A DNA stretch of 64,000 nucleotides from Candidatus Ryanbacteria bacterium CG10_big_fil_rev_8_21_14_0_10_43_42 (GTDB lineage Bacteria; Patescibacteriota; Minisyncoccia; Ryanbacterales; 2-02-FULL-48-12), in contig PFEF01000010.1 of the NCBI GenBank assembly GCA_002793915.1, positions 60,011 to 124,010 on the forward strand, given 5' to 3'. Position 1 is the first letter of the stretch, and each line of letters opens with the position of its first letter. The notes below the pieces were generated by a model that did not search any database, was not told the DNA's origin, and saw nothing but the letters and a program-made list of their open reading frames with translations. Below are positions 40,368-50,275 of the stretch, one piece after another. A program made the translations under genes and the position numbers.

Positions 40368-41555
40368 CTACGTCTCCTCGACTTCTCCTTCCTCCATTTC
40401 CTCTACTTTTGTGCTTATAGTAAGCACATCAAAACGCTTGACGAGTTCTTTGGTATCTTCTATATCATGTTTCATTTGGGGAGGTAGTTCCTTCACTATT
40501 TTTTTAAGAACTTTTTCATCAGGGGAGAGAAGGAGTTCCCATATATCCATACGCCCCGCGGCTGTTAGAATTTCTTTTACTTTATCAAAATTGTAGGTAA
40601 ACCTCTCCTGTAATTTTTTAGCCACAATACCTTCCGCGCCAAATACACGCGTAACGCCTTCTTTTTCCATATATGTTTTTATATGTGTCTGTAGCTCGGC
40701 AATACGTTTGGTTGTTCTTGTACTTTGTTTTTTAAGGGCAAAAAATTCCGTGAGTATTTCTTCAATGGGTGGTTCTATGACAGCCTTTTTCGTATAGAGG
40801 AATTTCCACGCCGGACATATGGCTTTATATCCACACCAATCACAGAGAGGTGTCGGTTGGGCAGGGAAGGCGTCCTCTTTTATGCTCGTTTCTATGGCGC
40901 GAATGGTTTCTAAAACAGTTTCTTTAATATGATCCAGATCCTCTTTTTTGCGTGTTGTTGTCAGTTTTTCATTGTGCTTTACATACTGCAAGCTAAGACG
41001 GATATTATCAGGATTAATATGCGGCCAGCGGCGTGTAAGACCAAGATAATAAAGGGAAAGCTGTAAATCATCGTTAAGTGATTCTTGGGACTTCATTTTA
41101 CGCGCCGTTTTGTAGTCTATAATTTCATAGGTGTCGTCCGTTGGTTTATCGATGCGATCCATGATACCGGCAAGTGTATGTGTTTCGTTTGTTTTTGGAT
41201 CTTCAATACTAACCTCGAAGCGGGATTCCAGGTCGGCTACATTAAAATTCCATGGAGGATTTTTTTCATAGAAGCGCTTTAAAATGTGTTCGCCTTGATC
41301 CAGGTATGCCTTTCGTTCGGCATCGGTAATATTTAATTTATCTGCGTTTTGCCAAGCGGTACGAAAATGGTTAATAACTTCGTCCAGTGTAGGGAAGAGC
41401 GGATCTTTTGAGAACATATAATGAAGGCCGCTATGCACCAATGTTCCAAAAACAGCTTCTTTGGATTTTGGCTCCCTTACTCTTTCTATGTTTTGGAATT
41501 TATAACGTTGAGGGCATTGCTTGAAGGTTTCCAGTGCGGAATAGGATGTACGCAT
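40368..41555 (-). CDS. PD-(D/E)XK nuclease (RecB/AddB/Cas4-like) with Fe-S cysteines and a C-terminal extension
   Basis: SYSALETFKQCP, GIMDRID, IIDYKT, QLSLY, CDWCGYKAIC. Confidence 0.88.
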   Translation of the reverse strand: MRTSYSALETFKQCPQRYKFQNIERVREPKSKEAVFGTLVHSGLHYMFSKDPLFPTLDEVINHFRTAWQNADKLNITDAERKAYLDQGEHILKRFYEKNPPWNFNVADLESRFEVSIEDPKTNETHTLAGIMDRIDKPTDDTYEIIDYKTARKMKSQESLNDDLQLSLYYLGLTRRWPHINPDNIRLSLQYVKHNEKLTTTRKKEDLDHIKETVLETIRAIETSIKEDAFPAQPTPLCDWCGYKAICPAWKFLYTKKAVIEPPIEEILTEFFALKKQSTRTTKRIAELQTHIKTYMEKEGVTRVFGAEGIVAKKLQERFTYNFDKVKEILTAAGRMDIWELLLSPDEKVLKKIVKELPPQMKHDIEDTKELVKRFDVLTISTKVEEMEEGEVEET

Positions 41556-41606
41556 TTGACTTAAAATTATATTATGGTATAAAAATAAAAAAGAGGGGAT
41601 TTATAC

Positions 41607-41867
41607 ATGACTATTGTAGCATGTTCACGGCATATGTCCGGCAAGAAAGATCAAATAACATGGAAAGGGTACGCATTCTTATGGAGTGCGTCAATGGGCC
41701 TTGCAGTGTTAAGCATAGCTGTTTTAGTGATATATTTTGAAACAGATATGATCCAAAAGGATTTGAAAATCTTTTTGGGGATCACGTTGTTATCAATTTT
41801 TTGCATGATTTGTCATGCTCTTTGGAAGGAGGCGTCATACAATGCTTACTGGAGGAATGGCACTTAA
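41607..41867 (+). CDS. Small hypothetical membrane protein
   Basis: 86 aa with two hydrophobic segments, GAGGGG SD, upstream TTGACT/TATAAA. Confidence 0.5.
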   Translation: MTIVACSRHMSGKKDQITWKGYAFLWSASMGLAVLSIAVLVIYFETDMIQKDLKIFLGITLLSIFCMICHALWKEASYNAYWRNGT

Positions 41868-41985
41868 GCCGGTATCAATAGAAGAGGTGGTTGTTGGAAT
41901 TGGTCTCTTTACGGTAATAATATGGGTGGGGCTTAAGTGTCCCACTCCGAAAAAATTTTGGAATACTCTTTGGGGTATTGGGTAA
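41842..41985 (+). CDS. 47-aa single-TM small protein (not in ORF track)
   Basis: AAGGAGG-9 nt-ATG; MLTGGMALKPVSIEEVVVGIGLFTVIIWVGLKCPTPKKFWNTLWGIG. Confidence 0.4.
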   Translation: MLTGGMALKPVSIEEVVVGIGLFTVIIWVGLKCPTPKKFWNTLWGIG

Positions 41986-42011
41986 TCGATAGATATATAT
42001 ATCTATCGATT
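41984..42011. repeat. Perfect 28-bp palindrome
   Basis: AATCGATAGATATA|TATATCTATCGATT. Confidence 0.9.
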
Positions 42012-42036
42012 TTTATTACTTTACTTTATGAAAAGG

Positions 42037-42086
42037 AAAGAATATATATGTCGCACAATAACTCTTTTGCGACATATATATTCTTT
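42037..42086. repeat. 19-bp inverted repeat, possibly a bidirectional terminator
   Basis: AAAGAATATATATGTCGCA-12 nt-TGCGACATATATATTCTTT. Confidence 0.85.
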
Positions 42087-42334
42087 TATATAATATGGTT
42101 TCCTTAGCGTATAAATTCATGCCTGTCATCTATTGATTGGTTATTTTAATTCACCTTCTGTTCCAATAAATATAATGTCCTATAACTCTATTTATTTTTT
42201 TATATTCCTTGCGTACCCCTATTATATAATTCTCGCTTTAAAAAATTGCCCACATAAGCTACTACTCCCCTACACATGCTATCCGATACATTGACAAATT
42301 AAATTTAGTAGTTATTATATAATTTTTAAAAATG

Positions 42335-42598
42335 CTATCCATCACTTGAAGTGCTTGTTGCTGTTTGATTGCTATGTTCCTTTAAATTACCGAGAGTATT
42401 TTTTATAAGATTCCAAAATGTAGTTGCGTATTCTTTTCCATAAGAATTCCAAAAAATATTGATTCCATTGCTCACAAATTTAAAATTTTCTTGAAGCGTT
42501 TTATCGTTAAATACAGATGTTAAACTTACACCGAGCAAGCTTATGATAACGAGTAATAAAATTATGATTATAATTGATTGAATAAATCCCTTGTTCAT
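42335..42598 (-). CDS. Small protein with a prepilin-like N-terminus
   Basis: MNKG/FIQSIIIIILLLVII: basic leader, G-F, then hydrophobic helix. Confidence 0.6.
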   Translation of the reverse strand: MNKGFIQSIIIIILLLVIISLLGVSLTSVFNDKTLQENFKFVSNGINIFWNSYGKEYATTFWNLIKNTLGNLKEHSNQTATSTSSDG

Positions 42599-42624
42599 AA
42601 AAATAAATTATGGATAGACAAGTT

Positions 42625-43884
42625 TTATAAATAAGCGAGAGGATTCAGGTAGCCGCCGTATGGGAGATATTGGCACTTGCTCCCGGGAACTTTGGATGCG
42701 CGAAATTGAACGGTGCTGGAATCGTATACCGTAAAATGTAAATGTGGTCCGGTGGCGTATCCTGTGGCGCCCGAGTAGCCAATAAGATCTCCCCGAGCTA
42801 CTTGTTGTCCTTTGGATGTTTTTATGAGAGACAAATGAGCGTAGAGCGTTGATAGTCCGTTTGAATGCTCAATAAGTACCCATTTACCATATGAAAGACA
42901 TCCCCGGAATGCATCCGTATCGCCGACATCAAGCACGATACCTCTTTCAGCCGCAAAGAGCGGCGTTCCGGTCGGTACGCCTATATCTATGCCATTATGG
43001 GGATGTCCATTATAAAGAATGGCAGAATCCGGCGTGTTGCCGAATCCTTGGGTAAGTTTGGGAGGGTCTTTAACAGGCCAAGCAAGAACCCCTTCATGTG
43101 CTGTCGGTAATAAATTGCGGTCAATACGTTTACGCAGTTCATCTTCAATGCTTTGGATTTCATCAAGCATAGCCTGTCGCTGTTGTTCACGTTCCGCAAC
43201 AAGATTTTCGTATTCTTTTTGTTTACTGCGCGTTTCCGTAAGGAGGGAGTCTTTTTTGTTTTTTGTACTTTGTTCGATAACTTTTCTGTCATCAAGCTCG
43301 CTACTAAGTGATGTGAGGTCTATTTTCCGTCTATGTTCTTCCGCTTCTTTATCTTCCAGATCGCTCTTGAACGTGCGTAAGTTGCCAAGATGTTTTTGGA
43401 TGGATTCTTCCACATTCTGAATATCCTCCATGGTACCAAAAAAATCAGAAATTTGTTCAGTACTAAGCAGTATTTCTACAAGAGAATCGCTGTCGTATTC
43501 ATGTACGGTTTGCAGTATTTCAGCAAGAGCGCGTTTTCCAGAATCAATTTCCTGTTCTTTTGTTTGAATAGCATCTCCCAAAGATTCAAGTTCAAGTTCG
43601 GTTGCCGCAATACGATTTTCCGTGAGGCGAATATCAGTATTTAACTTACCAATTTCGGCATTAACTCGATCAATTTGTCCTTGTAGTGTTTTTGCTTCTT
43701 CATGTGTTTTGGTAAGGGTTTGTTGATAGGCGGCAATTTCGGCTTCAAGTTTTTCTATTGTATTATTGCGTTCCGCGATGCGTGCACGCAGATCTTCTTC
43801 TGTTTCTGCACGAGAATAGAGAGGCATGAAAAACATGCCGGATATGGAGATGAGAAGCCCTGTTATAAGAAATACATATTTCAT
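42625..43884 (-). CDS. Coiled-coil M23 peptidoglycan endopeptidase
   Basis: Signal/TM, long coiled coil, HNGID and HLHF zinc motifs intact. Confidence 0.9.
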   Translation of the reverse strand: MKYVFLITGLLISISGMFFMPLYSRAETEEDLRARIAERNNTIEKLEAEIAAYQQTLTKTHEEAKTLQGQIDRVNAEIGKLNTDIRLTENRIAATELELESLGDAIQTKEQEIDSGKRALAEILQTVHEYDSDSLVEILLSTEQISDFFGTMEDIQNVEESIQKHLGNLRTFKSDLEDKEAEEHRRKIDLTSLSSELDDRKVIEQSTKNKKDSLLTETRSKQKEYENLVAEREQQRQAMLDEIQSIEDELRKRIDRNLLPTAHEGVLAWPVKDPPKLTQGFGNTPDSAILYNGHPHNGIDIGVPTGTPLFAAERGIVLDVGDTDAFRGCLSYGKWVLIEHSNGLSTLYAHLSLIKTSKGQQVARGDLIGYSGATGYATGPHLHFTVYDSSTVQFRASKVPGSKCQYLPYGGYLNPLAYL

Positions 43885-45290
43885 TGCATATGATCTAATT
43901 TTTTCTGGATAAGCATCTGCGCATACTCTATTCGTTGCATTGTTATTTTTTTGCCTATGACACTCATTATCTCAAATGGTCCGGGAGATGCTTTTCTGCC
44001 GGAAAGCGCCACGCGGAGAGGCCATAGCGTTTCGCCGATTCCACGATTTTTAGCAAGCGGCATTATAATGGTTTCCAGATGCTCTTTTGAAAATACGGTA
44101 TCATCTAACGGGTGTAGTATCTCCATTACAGCAGAAAGATTTTCCGTGAGAGAATGTACATCTTGTTGTCCTTTCCAAGGAAGAAGATCAAAATCATATT
44201 CTGGATTGTTAAAAAAGAAAGAAACACTTTCGGTAGTAATATCTGAAAGAGTTTTAAGTCGGGATTGTTCTATGGCAACAATATGGGCAGTGTAAGATAA
44301 ATCGTTTGTAGGAATCATATTTTTTTTCAGAAAGGGCAGAATACGGTCCATGAGATCATTCAAAGAAAGTGCGCGTATATATTCCTCATTTATCCATGTG
44401 AGCTTATCCTGATTAAAAATAGCGCCACTTTTTTGGACATGTTCAAGCGAGAATTCTTTTATTAGTTCATCCATTGAGAATAATTCTTTATCATTTCCCG
44501 GACTCCATCCCAGGAGTGCCATGAAGTTTATAAGTGCTTCTGATAGGAAGCCCATCTCCTTATAGGAGGCGAGAGATGTTTCGCCATGGCGCTTTGAAAG
44601 CTTGGAACGATCGGTTCCTAATATAAGTGGCAGATGAGCGTAAAGGGGTATTTTAGCGGCAAGAGCGTGGAAAAGAAGGATTTGGCGCGGGGTGTTTGGT
44701 ATATGATCCTCTCCACGGATAACGTGAGTAATATTCATATCGACATCATCTACGACATTTGCCAGGTTAAACAAGGGTGTTTTTACATTTTTTGCAATGG
44801 AAAAATCGCCCAGATGAGCCGCGTTTACGGTAACGGTTCCGCGGATACTGTCATCAAACGAAACATTTCCTTCGGTATCGTTGCGAAAACGAATAATACC
44901 TTCCGAACGATTTTCATCACGATGACTACATCGATGATGCGGTGCTTTTTTATCCTGCATTTGTGCATGTTTCTCGGCATCCAATTCTTCTTTTGTGTGC
45001 GCACAATAAAACGCTTTTCCCTCTGTTAGAAGATTTATTATATGTTTTTCATAAAGATCGGTGCGTTCTGATTGGCGGTATAACTCATCCCATGTAATAC
45101 CAAGCCATGCAAGGTTTGAGATGAGATCTTCTTCATAACGTTTTTCGGAACGTTCTTTGTCGGTATCTTCAATGCGAAGCACAAATATCCCCTTATTTTT
45201 ACGGGTGAAAAGATAGTTAAACAGTGCGGTACGTGCCGTACCGACATGAAACCACCCCGTGGGGCTGGGGGCCATGCGTGTTCGTATCAT
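43881..45290 (-). CDS. gltX: Glutamate--tRNA ligase
   Basis: APSPTG, LRIEDTD, IRGEDH, KLSKR. Confidence 0.96.
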   Translation of the reverse strand: MIRTRMAPSPTGWFHVGTARTALFNYLFTRKNKGIFVLRIEDTDKERSEKRYEEDLISNLAWLGITWDELYRQSERTDLYEKHIINLLTEGKAFYCAHTKEELDAEKHAQMQDKKAPHHRCSHRDENRSEGIIRFRNDTEGNVSFDDSIRGTVTVNAAHLGDFSIAKNVKTPLFNLANVVDDVDMNITHVIRGEDHIPNTPRQILLFHALAAKIPLYAHLPLILGTDRSKLSKRHGETSLASYKEMGFLSEALINFMALLGWSPGNDKELFSMDELIKEFSLEHVQKSGAIFNQDKLTWINEEYIRALSLNDLMDRILPFLKKNMIPTNDLSYTAHIVAIEQSRLKTLSDITTESVSFFFNNPEYDFDLLPWKGQQDVHSLTENLSAVMEILHPLDDTVFSKEHLETIIMPLAKNRGIGETLWPLRVALSGRKASPGPFEIMSVIGKKITMQRIEYAQMLIQKKLDHMQ

Positions 45291-45320
45291 ATGCCTTTCA
45301 GTATATCGTAAATACGTATG

Positions 45321-46454
45321 TTATTCTATATCCCCATGCAGGCCCAAGGCAATTATTTCATGAGCTATTTTTTCAGCAGCGTCAAGACGTGCGAATCTCT
45401 GAGCTCCCGCACGCATTTTACTTCGCAATGCTTCGTCTTCGAGAAGATGAATAATCTGACTGGTAAGAACGGTGGGTGTTATATTTGATTCTTCCATAAC
45501 CTCTCCTCCCCCTACGCGTGCGTATGCATAAGCATTTTTTCGTTGATGATCACTTGCCGCATGTGGAAGCGGAATTAAAATACTGGGAATACCCCAAGCG
45601 GCAAGTTCATAAAGAGCCGTTGCGCCTGCACGCGAAACAATCACCGAAGCAATATGAGAGGCATTACGCAATTGATCTTCATCAAGAAATGCAAATGGAT
45701 GATATCGTTTTTTATGAGTAGAGTTTTCAAGAATAACGGATGCATTTTTTAGTACATCGCTATAATTATCCTGTCCGCATTGGTGAATAATTTGCATGCG
45801 TCCTATAAGGCGCTCAATTGCTTGAAGAAGGATGTCATTTATGGGTGCTGCTCCCTGCGACCCTCCTAAAACGAGAAGGGTTGGCACGTGGGTTTCTAGC
45901 TGAAATAAAGTACGCGCCTCTTCCTCGTTCCCCCCGATAACACGGCTCCGAATGGGAATGCCTGTCATAGCAGTCTTCTCTTCCGGGAAATGGATGGCAG
46001 TTTCAGGGAATGATATGGCGATACGTCGGGCGAACGTTGCTGACCATATGTTTACTTTCCCGGGAACGGTATCTGATTCATGTATGAGTATGGGAATGCC
46101 ATAAAATCGAGCGGCAAATAAAATGGGAAACGCCACATAACCACCTTTGCTAAAAATGACATCAGGAAATTCTTTATAGACAACCCAAAAAGCATATATA
46201 ACGGAAAAAAATGTTTTTATGGCATCCCCTATATTTTTTAATGAAAAGTATCTTCGAATTTTTCCGGACGAGAAATGTCGAAATGTAATCTGTTCAAATT
46301 GAAGAATCTCTTCGTCTACGGGTTCATCTGAAATAAGAAGTAGCTCGAGTGATACAAGTTTTTCATCCTCCGCAATACGCCGAAGTTCTCGCGCTACCGC
46401 AATGAGGGGCGTGAAGTGCCCTCCGGACCCCGATCCAAGAAGTGCTATTTTCAT
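45321..46454 (-). CDS. murG: Lipid II GlcNAc transferase
   Basis: SGGHFTP, KGGYV, GGSQGA, SRAGA, HQRKNA. Confidence 0.95.
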   Translation of the reverse strand: MKIALLGSGSGGHFTPLIAVARELRRIAEDEKLVSLELLLISDEPVDEEILQFEQITFRHFSSGKIRRYFSLKNIGDAIKTFFSVIYAFWVVYKEFPDVIFSKGGYVAFPILFAARFYGIPILIHESDTVPGKVNIWSATFARRIAISFPETAIHFPEEKTAMTGIPIRSRVIGGNEEEARTLFQLETHVPTLLVLGGSQGAAPINDILLQAIERLIGRMQIIHQCGQDNYSDVLKNASVILENSTHKKRYHPFAFLDEDQLRNASHIASVIVSRAGATALYELAAWGIPSILIPLPHAASDHQRKNAYAYARVGGGEVMEESNITPTVLTSQIIHLLEDEALRSKMRAGAQRFARLDAAEKIAHEIIALGLHGDIE

Positions 46455-47551
46455 CGTGTGTATTTAGATATGTTCATAAGAATACCAACACTTGCCAGGT
46501 TCATAATAAGAGCGGATGAACCGAAACTAATAAATGTGAGCGGAAGTCCGGTGAGTGGAAGGAGTCCTGTTATGGCGCCTATATTGGTAAACGCTTGTAC
46601 GATAATAAGGAGTGTTATACCGGCCGCAAGCGTGTGACTAAATCCGTCAGGTGCCCGTGCAGAAATACGCATGCCACGCCAGAAAAAAATAAGGAACATG
46701 GCAGTAAGGATGACACTGCCGATAAAGCCAAATTCTTCTCCAAATATTGCAAAAATGGAATCGCCGGCAGGTTCAGGAACATAATTAAATTTTTGCCGCG
46801 ACATACCAAACCCGCGTCCGAATATACCTCCGGATCCAATAGCGATGAGTCCCTGATGCAGTTGATAGCCAATTCCTTGCGTATCTTCTTTCGGATGCAA
46901 AAAAACAGCCAGTCGATCACGTCGATAAGGTTGAAAATAGATAATAAGTCCAAGAACTGCCACGCCTAGAAGTAATAGTAAGGCAATTTGAGACATTCTG
47001 CCACCGCCAATAAAAAATAGCAGTATGGATGTAATGACAAGAATACCAAGAGTGCCAATGTCGGGCTGTAAGACGAAAAAAACAGAAACAATACCAAGCA
47101 TTACAAGAAACGGGAGGAATCCCATGGAAAAGCTGGCAATGTCTTTCTTTTTTGTTTCTATCCAGGCCGCCAGGTATATGATAAAGGCGAGTTTCGTAAT
47201 TTCAGCAGGTTGAATTGTTATGGGACCCACTTTTATCCATCTACTGGCCCCCTTTAGTTCAAGGCCAATGTTTGGAATAAATACAAGAATCATCATGAAA
47301 AGAGCACCGATAAGAAGAACGGGAGCAAGTTTTTTCCAGTACTGATAGCGAATTTTTGACCCTAAAATAAGAGCAACTACGCCAATACCGGCACCAATAG
47401 CCTGATTTGAAAGATAATAATACTCCTCTCCAAATCGACTGCTTCCCAAAATGGGAGAAGCTGATGCAATAATAAAGAGTCCCACTATAACAAAAAGTAC
47501 TGTAGTACCGAGAAGAATATAGTCGGGTTGATGTTGATGTGTAGAACTCAT
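46451..47551 (-). CDS. ftsW: SEDS peptidoglycan polymerase FtsW
   Basis: GASRWI, QPAEITK, QPDIGT, PLTGLPLTFISFG; next to murG. Confidence 0.92.
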   Translation of the reverse strand: MSSTHQHQPDYILLGTTVLFVIVGLFIIASASPILGSSRFGEEYYYLSNQAIGAGIGVVALILGSKIRYQYWKKLAPVLLIGALFMMILVFIPNIGLELKGASRWIKVGPITIQPAEITKLAFIIYLAAWIETKKKDIASFSMGFLPFLVMLGIVSVFFVLQPDIGTLGILVITSILLFFIGGGRMSQIALLLLLGVAVLGLIIYFQPYRRDRLAVFLHPKEDTQGIGYQLHQGLIAIGSGGIFGRGFGMSRQKFNYVPEPAGDSIFAIFGEEFGFIGSVILTAMFLIFFWRGMRISARAPDGFSHTLAAGITLLIIVQAFTNIGAITGLLPLTGLPLTFISFGSSALIMNLASVGILMNISKYTR

Positions 47552-49140
47552 GCGTTTTCGGCGCGAAGAACACTTCCCGCTCGTGCGTCAGTAAGGGCAC
47601 CATTCTTTACAGCAATTACGCCATTTACAATAACGGTAGAAATACCCTCCGGATACATAAAAGGATTTTCATAAGATGCTTTGTCGCGAATAATCTCTGG
47701 ATTTATAAGTGTTATATCGGCCGTTTTCCCCATTTCAATAGTGCCTTTGTCGGAAAACCCTAAAAGAGATGCCGGTGCTTTTGTCATTTTAAAAACGGCT
47801 TCCTCCCATGATATAAGATTCTTTTCACGGATATAGGTGCCTAAAAATTGTGCCGTGGCGCCAAATGATCGGGGATGTACTAAATCCCCTTTTATTTCAA
47901 CGGGAGAATGAGCACTGAGACCGAAACTGTCGGTGGAAAAAACAACAAAAGGTTCCTTATAAAGAAGTTCCACATGTTCTTGATTAATGGTATCCCCGAA
48001 GATAGTAACGGAAAGATTATTCAGCTCGAGAATTTTTAATAATGTTTCTTCCGGTGACATCCCCCATCCTGTGCCAATATCGGCAATCGTGTTTCCTATA
48101 ATTGGTTTTGTTTCGCGTACGGATGCTATTGTTATTTTATCATAATGAAGAGTAAGTTCTTTTATGCCTTGGAGAAGATTTTGTTTCTCCATAGGATTTT
48201 TTATGCGCTCGATTATTTGTTTTTTACCCCCTTCGCGCGCCCAGCTTGGCAAAAGAGCGTAGAGCAAAGATCCTGTTTTGGTATACGGAAACACATTTGC
48301 TGTTATGGGTACACCTTCTTCCCGTGCTGAGCGGATAAGATTTAATGCTTGGGTAAATGTTTCCCACGAATGCTTTCCTAGCGATTTTAAATGTACGATG
48401 TGGACGCGGGCATTTGATCCGCGTGCAATGCTAATGGCTTCATTGACGGCAGGAAGAAGATCTTTTCCTTCATCCCGGAGATGTATTGTGACCAGTCTTT
48501 TTTTATCTGCCGCCATTTGAGCAAGAGTAATCAATTCCTCGCGCGTTGCAGGTTGTCCATGACTAAATGCAAGTCCGAATGATATACCAAGAGCACCGTC
48601 ATCAAGCGCCTCCGCAAAAAGCCGTTGCATGCTATGAAGTTCGGGCATGCTTGCCGAACGGGCTTTATCCCCCATAACGTCACGTCTCAGTGTTCCGTGA
48701 CCTATAAGAGTTGCAAAATTTACACCAATGGGGTGCCGGGAAACTTCCTGTAAAAATTCTTCCGTTGAAAGCCAGTTGGTGTTTATGGTGGATATATCCA
48801 CCCATTTTTGTACGCTTCCCAGTACTTCATTACCGCGAATGAGTGGTGTAAGTGAAGATCCGCATGAGCCGCCCACGATAGTGGTGATTCCTTGCCTTAG
48901 CATGCTTTCCAGAGATGGTTCCGAAAGGAGTGTCCAGTATGTATCGGAATGATTGGTAATATCAATAAAGCCCGGGCAGATAAAAAGATTTGAGGCATCA
49001 ATTATTTGCGTTGCTTCTGTGTCGGTAATTGTGCCAAGTCCCATTATTTTTCCGTTATGTATGGCAACATCACCTTTATACGGAGATTTTTTCCCCGTAC
49101 CATCTACAATGACTCCGTTTTTTATAAGAATGTCAACCAT
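47548..49140 (-). CDS. N-acyl-D-amino-acid deacylase (D-aminoacylase) family amidohydrolase
   Basis: IKNGVIVDGTG, PGFID, QGITT, GSCG, HLRDE, HPRSFG, PEGI..VIVNG. Confidence 0.88.
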   Translation of the reverse strand: MVDILIKNGVIVDGTGKKSPYKGDVAIHNGKIMGLGTITDTEATQIIDASNLFICPGFIDITNHSDTYWTLLSEPSLESMLRQGITTIVGGSCGSSLTPLIRGNEVLGSVQKWVDISTINTNWLSTEEFLQEVSRHPIGVNFATLIGHGTLRRDVMGDKARSASMPELHSMQRLFAEALDDGALGISFGLAFSHGQPATREELITLAQMAADKKRLVTIHLRDEGKDLLPAVNEAISIARGSNARVHIVHLKSLGKHSWETFTQALNLIRSAREEGVPITANVFPYTKTGSLLYALLPSWAREGGKKQIIERIKNPMEKQNLLQGIKELTLHYDKITIASVRETKPIIGNTIADIGTGWGMSPEETLLKILELNNLSVTIFGDTINQEHVELLYKEPFVVFSTDSFGLSAHSPVEIKGDLVHPRSFGATAQFLGTYIREKNLISWEEAVFKMTKAPASLLGFSDKGTIEMGKTADITLINPEIIRDKASYENPFMYPEGISTVIVNGVIAVKNGALTDARAGSVLRAENA

Positions 49141-49171
49141 ATGTGTAAGTAGTATATATAGCGAGTTGATT

Positions 49172-50245
49172 TTATCTCCCTATTAATGCAAGTGCCATAC
49201 CAATAATAGCAAATATAACGCTCATTACCCAAAAGCGCATTGTTACTTTATGGGAGGGCCATCCTTTTGCTTCAAAGTGATGCTGAATGGGAGCTACCAG
49301 GAATACTTTCTTGCCGCGTATTTTGCGGGATGCAATTTGGATAATGTCCGATCCGGACGCTAGTACTAAGGGAAGTGCGATAATAGGTAATAAAAGAACG
49401 GAATCAGTGAAAAAGGCGATTACGGTCAGTGTGGTTGTAAGACCAACCATACCGGATTCCCCCATCCAGAAACGTGCCGGCGGGATATTGAACCATAGAA
49501 AGGCGAGGATAGCGCCAACGATAACACCGGCAAATGTTGCTACATCGAATTGATTTTGAAAAAATGCAATACCGCTATATGCGGCAAAGGCGGATGCAAG
49601 CACGCCGCCAGAAAGGCCGTCTATACCGTCTATAACACTGCCACTGAAGGTAGCAAGCATCGTCAGGACAAAAAACGGGATATACCAAATACCGATGAAT
49701 ATGTTTCCTATGCCCGGGAAATAGAGTGTCCGCCAGTCAAGTTTTGTGTAAAACCAAAATGCGCCCACGAGTGCGATGAGGGTTACAATGGTGATGCGTA
49801 CCCAAAGGTCAATACCGCCCGTGAGACGATTTTTGCGGGAAGCCCAAATTTGAAGCATATCATCAGCAAGTCCGAGAAAAGATGCGGTGATAAGGGTAAA
49901 TAAAAGAATCCATGTTTGAGAGCGACTTACAAAATTTAGTTTTTCAAAAAACGGAATGGCGGTATATGTTGAAAGAAGCCAGAATGTAAATGCAATAACA
50001 AAAACACTTCCCCAGATAAGAATTCCACCCACTCGCGGTGTATGTGTTTCGTTGTGTAGTGAGTTAAACACTATAGCTTCTTCTCCCGTAAGATCTCTTT
50101 TTCCACTTGATGCTTTCCAGAGCTTGTACATGTACATATAGCGGGTAAGAATGGGAGTAAGTGCTATGGCAAGAAAAAAAGAAAGACCGGAAAGACCGAG
50201 AACTTTAAATATGTTAAGAGTAAGATCATTTCCTGTTTCAATCAT
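49172..50245 (-). CDS. mraY: Phospho-MurNAc-pentapeptide transferase
   Basis: TPRVGG, LGLADD, DGIDGL, FNIPPARFWMGE, APIQHHFE. Confidence 0.93.
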   Translation of the reverse strand: MIETGNDLTLNIFKVLGLSGLSFFLAIALTPILTRYMYMYKLWKASSGKRDLTGEEAIVFNSLHNETHTPRVGGILIWGSVFVIAFTFWLLSTYTAIPFFEKLNFVSRSQTWILLFTLITASFLGLADDMLQIWASRKNRLTGGIDLWVRITIVTLIALVGAFWFYTKLDWRTLYFPGIGNIFIGIWYIPFFVLTMLATFSGSVIDGIDGLSGGVLASAFAAYSGIAFFQNQFDVATFAGVIVGAILAFLWFNIPPARFWMGESGMVGLTTTLTVIAFFTDSVLLLPIIALPLVLASGSDIIQIASRKIRGKKVFLVAPIQHHFEAKGWPSHKVTMRFWVMSVIFAIIGMALALIGR

Positions 50246-50275
50246 AGCGATGGGTGGTGGAATATTAAAACCCTT

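Noticed and set aside
40360-42335. Replication terminus or dif site at the switch in gene orientation
   Set aside because: No convincing dif consensus found, and skew cannot be judged by eye
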